From assembly GCA_024653905.1 (NCBI GenBank), contig JANLGZ010000019.1:1-37923 (forward strand): a stretch of 37,923 bases of DNA. The letters run 5' to 3'. The translations under genes were made by a program, and so were the position numbers. The notes beneath the pieces are model-generated. The model did no database searches, had not been told where the DNA came from, and saw only the letters and a list, made by a program, of their open reading frames with translations. The stretch comes from an archaeon (GTDB lineage: Archaea; Iainarchaeota; Iainarchaeia; Iainarchaeales; Iainarchaeaceae). This document shows positions 36,825 to 37,923 of this stretch, piece by piece (position 1 is the stretch's first letter; the number at the start of each line of letters is the position of its first letter).

Positions 36825-37923
36825 ATGTTGCGGGATGATTTGGAGTTACAGAAACGGGAATTGGAAAAGCGGTTAGCAGAACCCTATGTTGAGCGCGATG
36901 TGAAATTCCGGAATTTGAATAGTGATTTGATAAAAGTGATTATTGGTCCGCGTCGTGCCGGAAAATCTTTTTTTGCGATTCACGAGCTGCAAAAATTGGG
37001 TTCGTTTGGATACGTGAATCTGGATGATGAACAATTGGCCAAGGTTGAGAATTTTAATGAAATTTTGGCGGTGGTGGATGAATTGTATGGTTCGCCACGT
37101 TTTTTGTTGTTGGATGAAATCCAAAATTTTCCCAAATGGGAATTGTTGGCAAACCGGCTGCAACGGCAGGGAAAAAACCTGTTTTTAACAGGCAGCAATT
37201 CAAATCTATTGAGCAAGGAACTCGCCACGCATCTGACAGGGCGACATACACTGGCACATGTTTTTCCATTTTCGTTTCGCGAGTTTCTGGAATTGGAAAA
37301 ACGGGAATTGACAACTACTGAAAAAAAGGAAAAATTATTGACATACGCGAGGCAGGGCGGATTTCCGGAACCATTAGTGAAGAAAATGGATTTTGTGGAT
37401 TACATTGCCCGCCTTTTTGATGCAGTGGTTTACAAGGACATCGTATCGCGGTATAAAATCAGGCGCATTAAAACCCTGCAAGAAACTGCGCGAATTCTGT
37501 TTGGAAACATAGCCAAAGAATTTTCATTTACTTCACTCAAAAACTCGATTCAGGGGACAAGCGTTATTACGCTCCAGCAATATGTTTCGTATTTGGAAGA
37601 AGCATACGTTTTTTTTGGAATTCCGCGTTTTTCTTTCAAAGTAAAAGAACAGGAAAGCTCCAATCGGAAAATGTACTGTTTTGACAATGGTTTTATTTTT
37701 GCCAAGGCGTTTAAAACCAGCCCGGATTGGGGTAGATTGCTTGAAAACCTGGCAGCCATTGAATTAAAAAAAGGCGAAATTGAACAAAAGCACAATGTTT
37801 ATTACTGGAAAAACCAGCAGCACGAGGAAGTGGATTTCGTAATAAAAGAAGGAACAAAAATAACAAAGCTAATTCAGGTTTGCTATGATGTTTCCAACCC
37901 TGACACAAAGAAAAGAGAGATTC
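36825..37923 (+). CDS. AAA+ ATPase (AAA_14 + DUF4143 type), truncated by window end
   Basis: Not in ORF track (no stop in window); GPRRAGKS, LLLDEIQ, TGSNSNLLS, LTGR, GGFPE, KMYCFDNG, LLEN, EVDFV. Confidence 0.9.
   Translation, partial: MLRDDLELQKRELEKRLAEPYVERDVKFRNLNSDLIKVIIGPRRAGKSFFAIHELQKLGSFGYVNLDDEQLAKVENFNEILAVVDELYGSPRFLLLDEIQNFPKWELLANRLQRQGKNLFLTGSNSNLLSKELATHLTGRHTLAHVFPFSFREFLELEKRELTTTEKKEKLLTYARQGGFPEPLVKKMDFVDYIARLFDAVVYKDIVSRYKIRRIKTLQETARILFGNIAKEFSFTSLKNSIQGTSVITLQQYVSYLEEAYVFFGIPRFSFKVKEQESSNRKMYCFDNGFIFAKAFKTSPDWGRLLENLAAIELKKGEIEQKHNVYYWKNQQHEEVDFVIKEGTKITKLIQVCYDVSNPDTKKREI

Noticed and set aside
36873..37908. Several short ORFs in the track, mostly minus-strand
   Set aside because: Shadows of the open + strand AAA+ ATPase starting at 36825.

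Overview
AT-rich archaeal chromosomal segment. Evidence: thermosome, Alba, Sec61beta, deoxyhypusine synthase, geranylgeranyl reductase, TATA boxes and GAGGTG RBSs. The compact genes and many short orphans suggest a DPANN lineage such as Diapherotrites/Iainarchaeota (inference only). Positions 1-22.4 kb are mostly housekeeping genes: Bcp, ferredoxin, EndoIV, CobO, a histone-fold protein, a kinase, thermosome, SSB, IleRS, DHS, Alba, a NusA-like protein, a HerA-like ATPase with a mini-intein, and a GT-C. Positions 22.5-32 kb form a Cys/His-rich copper/heavy-metal locus ending in CopA. The right end has RdgB, GGR, a RelBE-like TA pair, a multi-hairpin non-coding element and a GC-richer AAA+ ATPase cut by the window edge. 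The most striking features are not in the ORF track. (1) A complete tRNA-Ile with the rare UAU anticodon is embedded in a ~224-nt closed RNA structure directly upstream of ileS, and both acceptor strands have competing pairing partners. This is a candidate tRNA-containing autoregulatory switch. (2) A 12-codon leader peptide MNGGGGCCGGGR with a strong RBS and an overlapping terminator-like hairpin sits in front of copA, a candidate archaeal copper/cysteine attenuator. (3) A helically phased TCATGA array lies over the promoter of a wHTH gene next to the HerA-like ATPase. All calls are from motif reading by eye; no searches or folding calculations were run.
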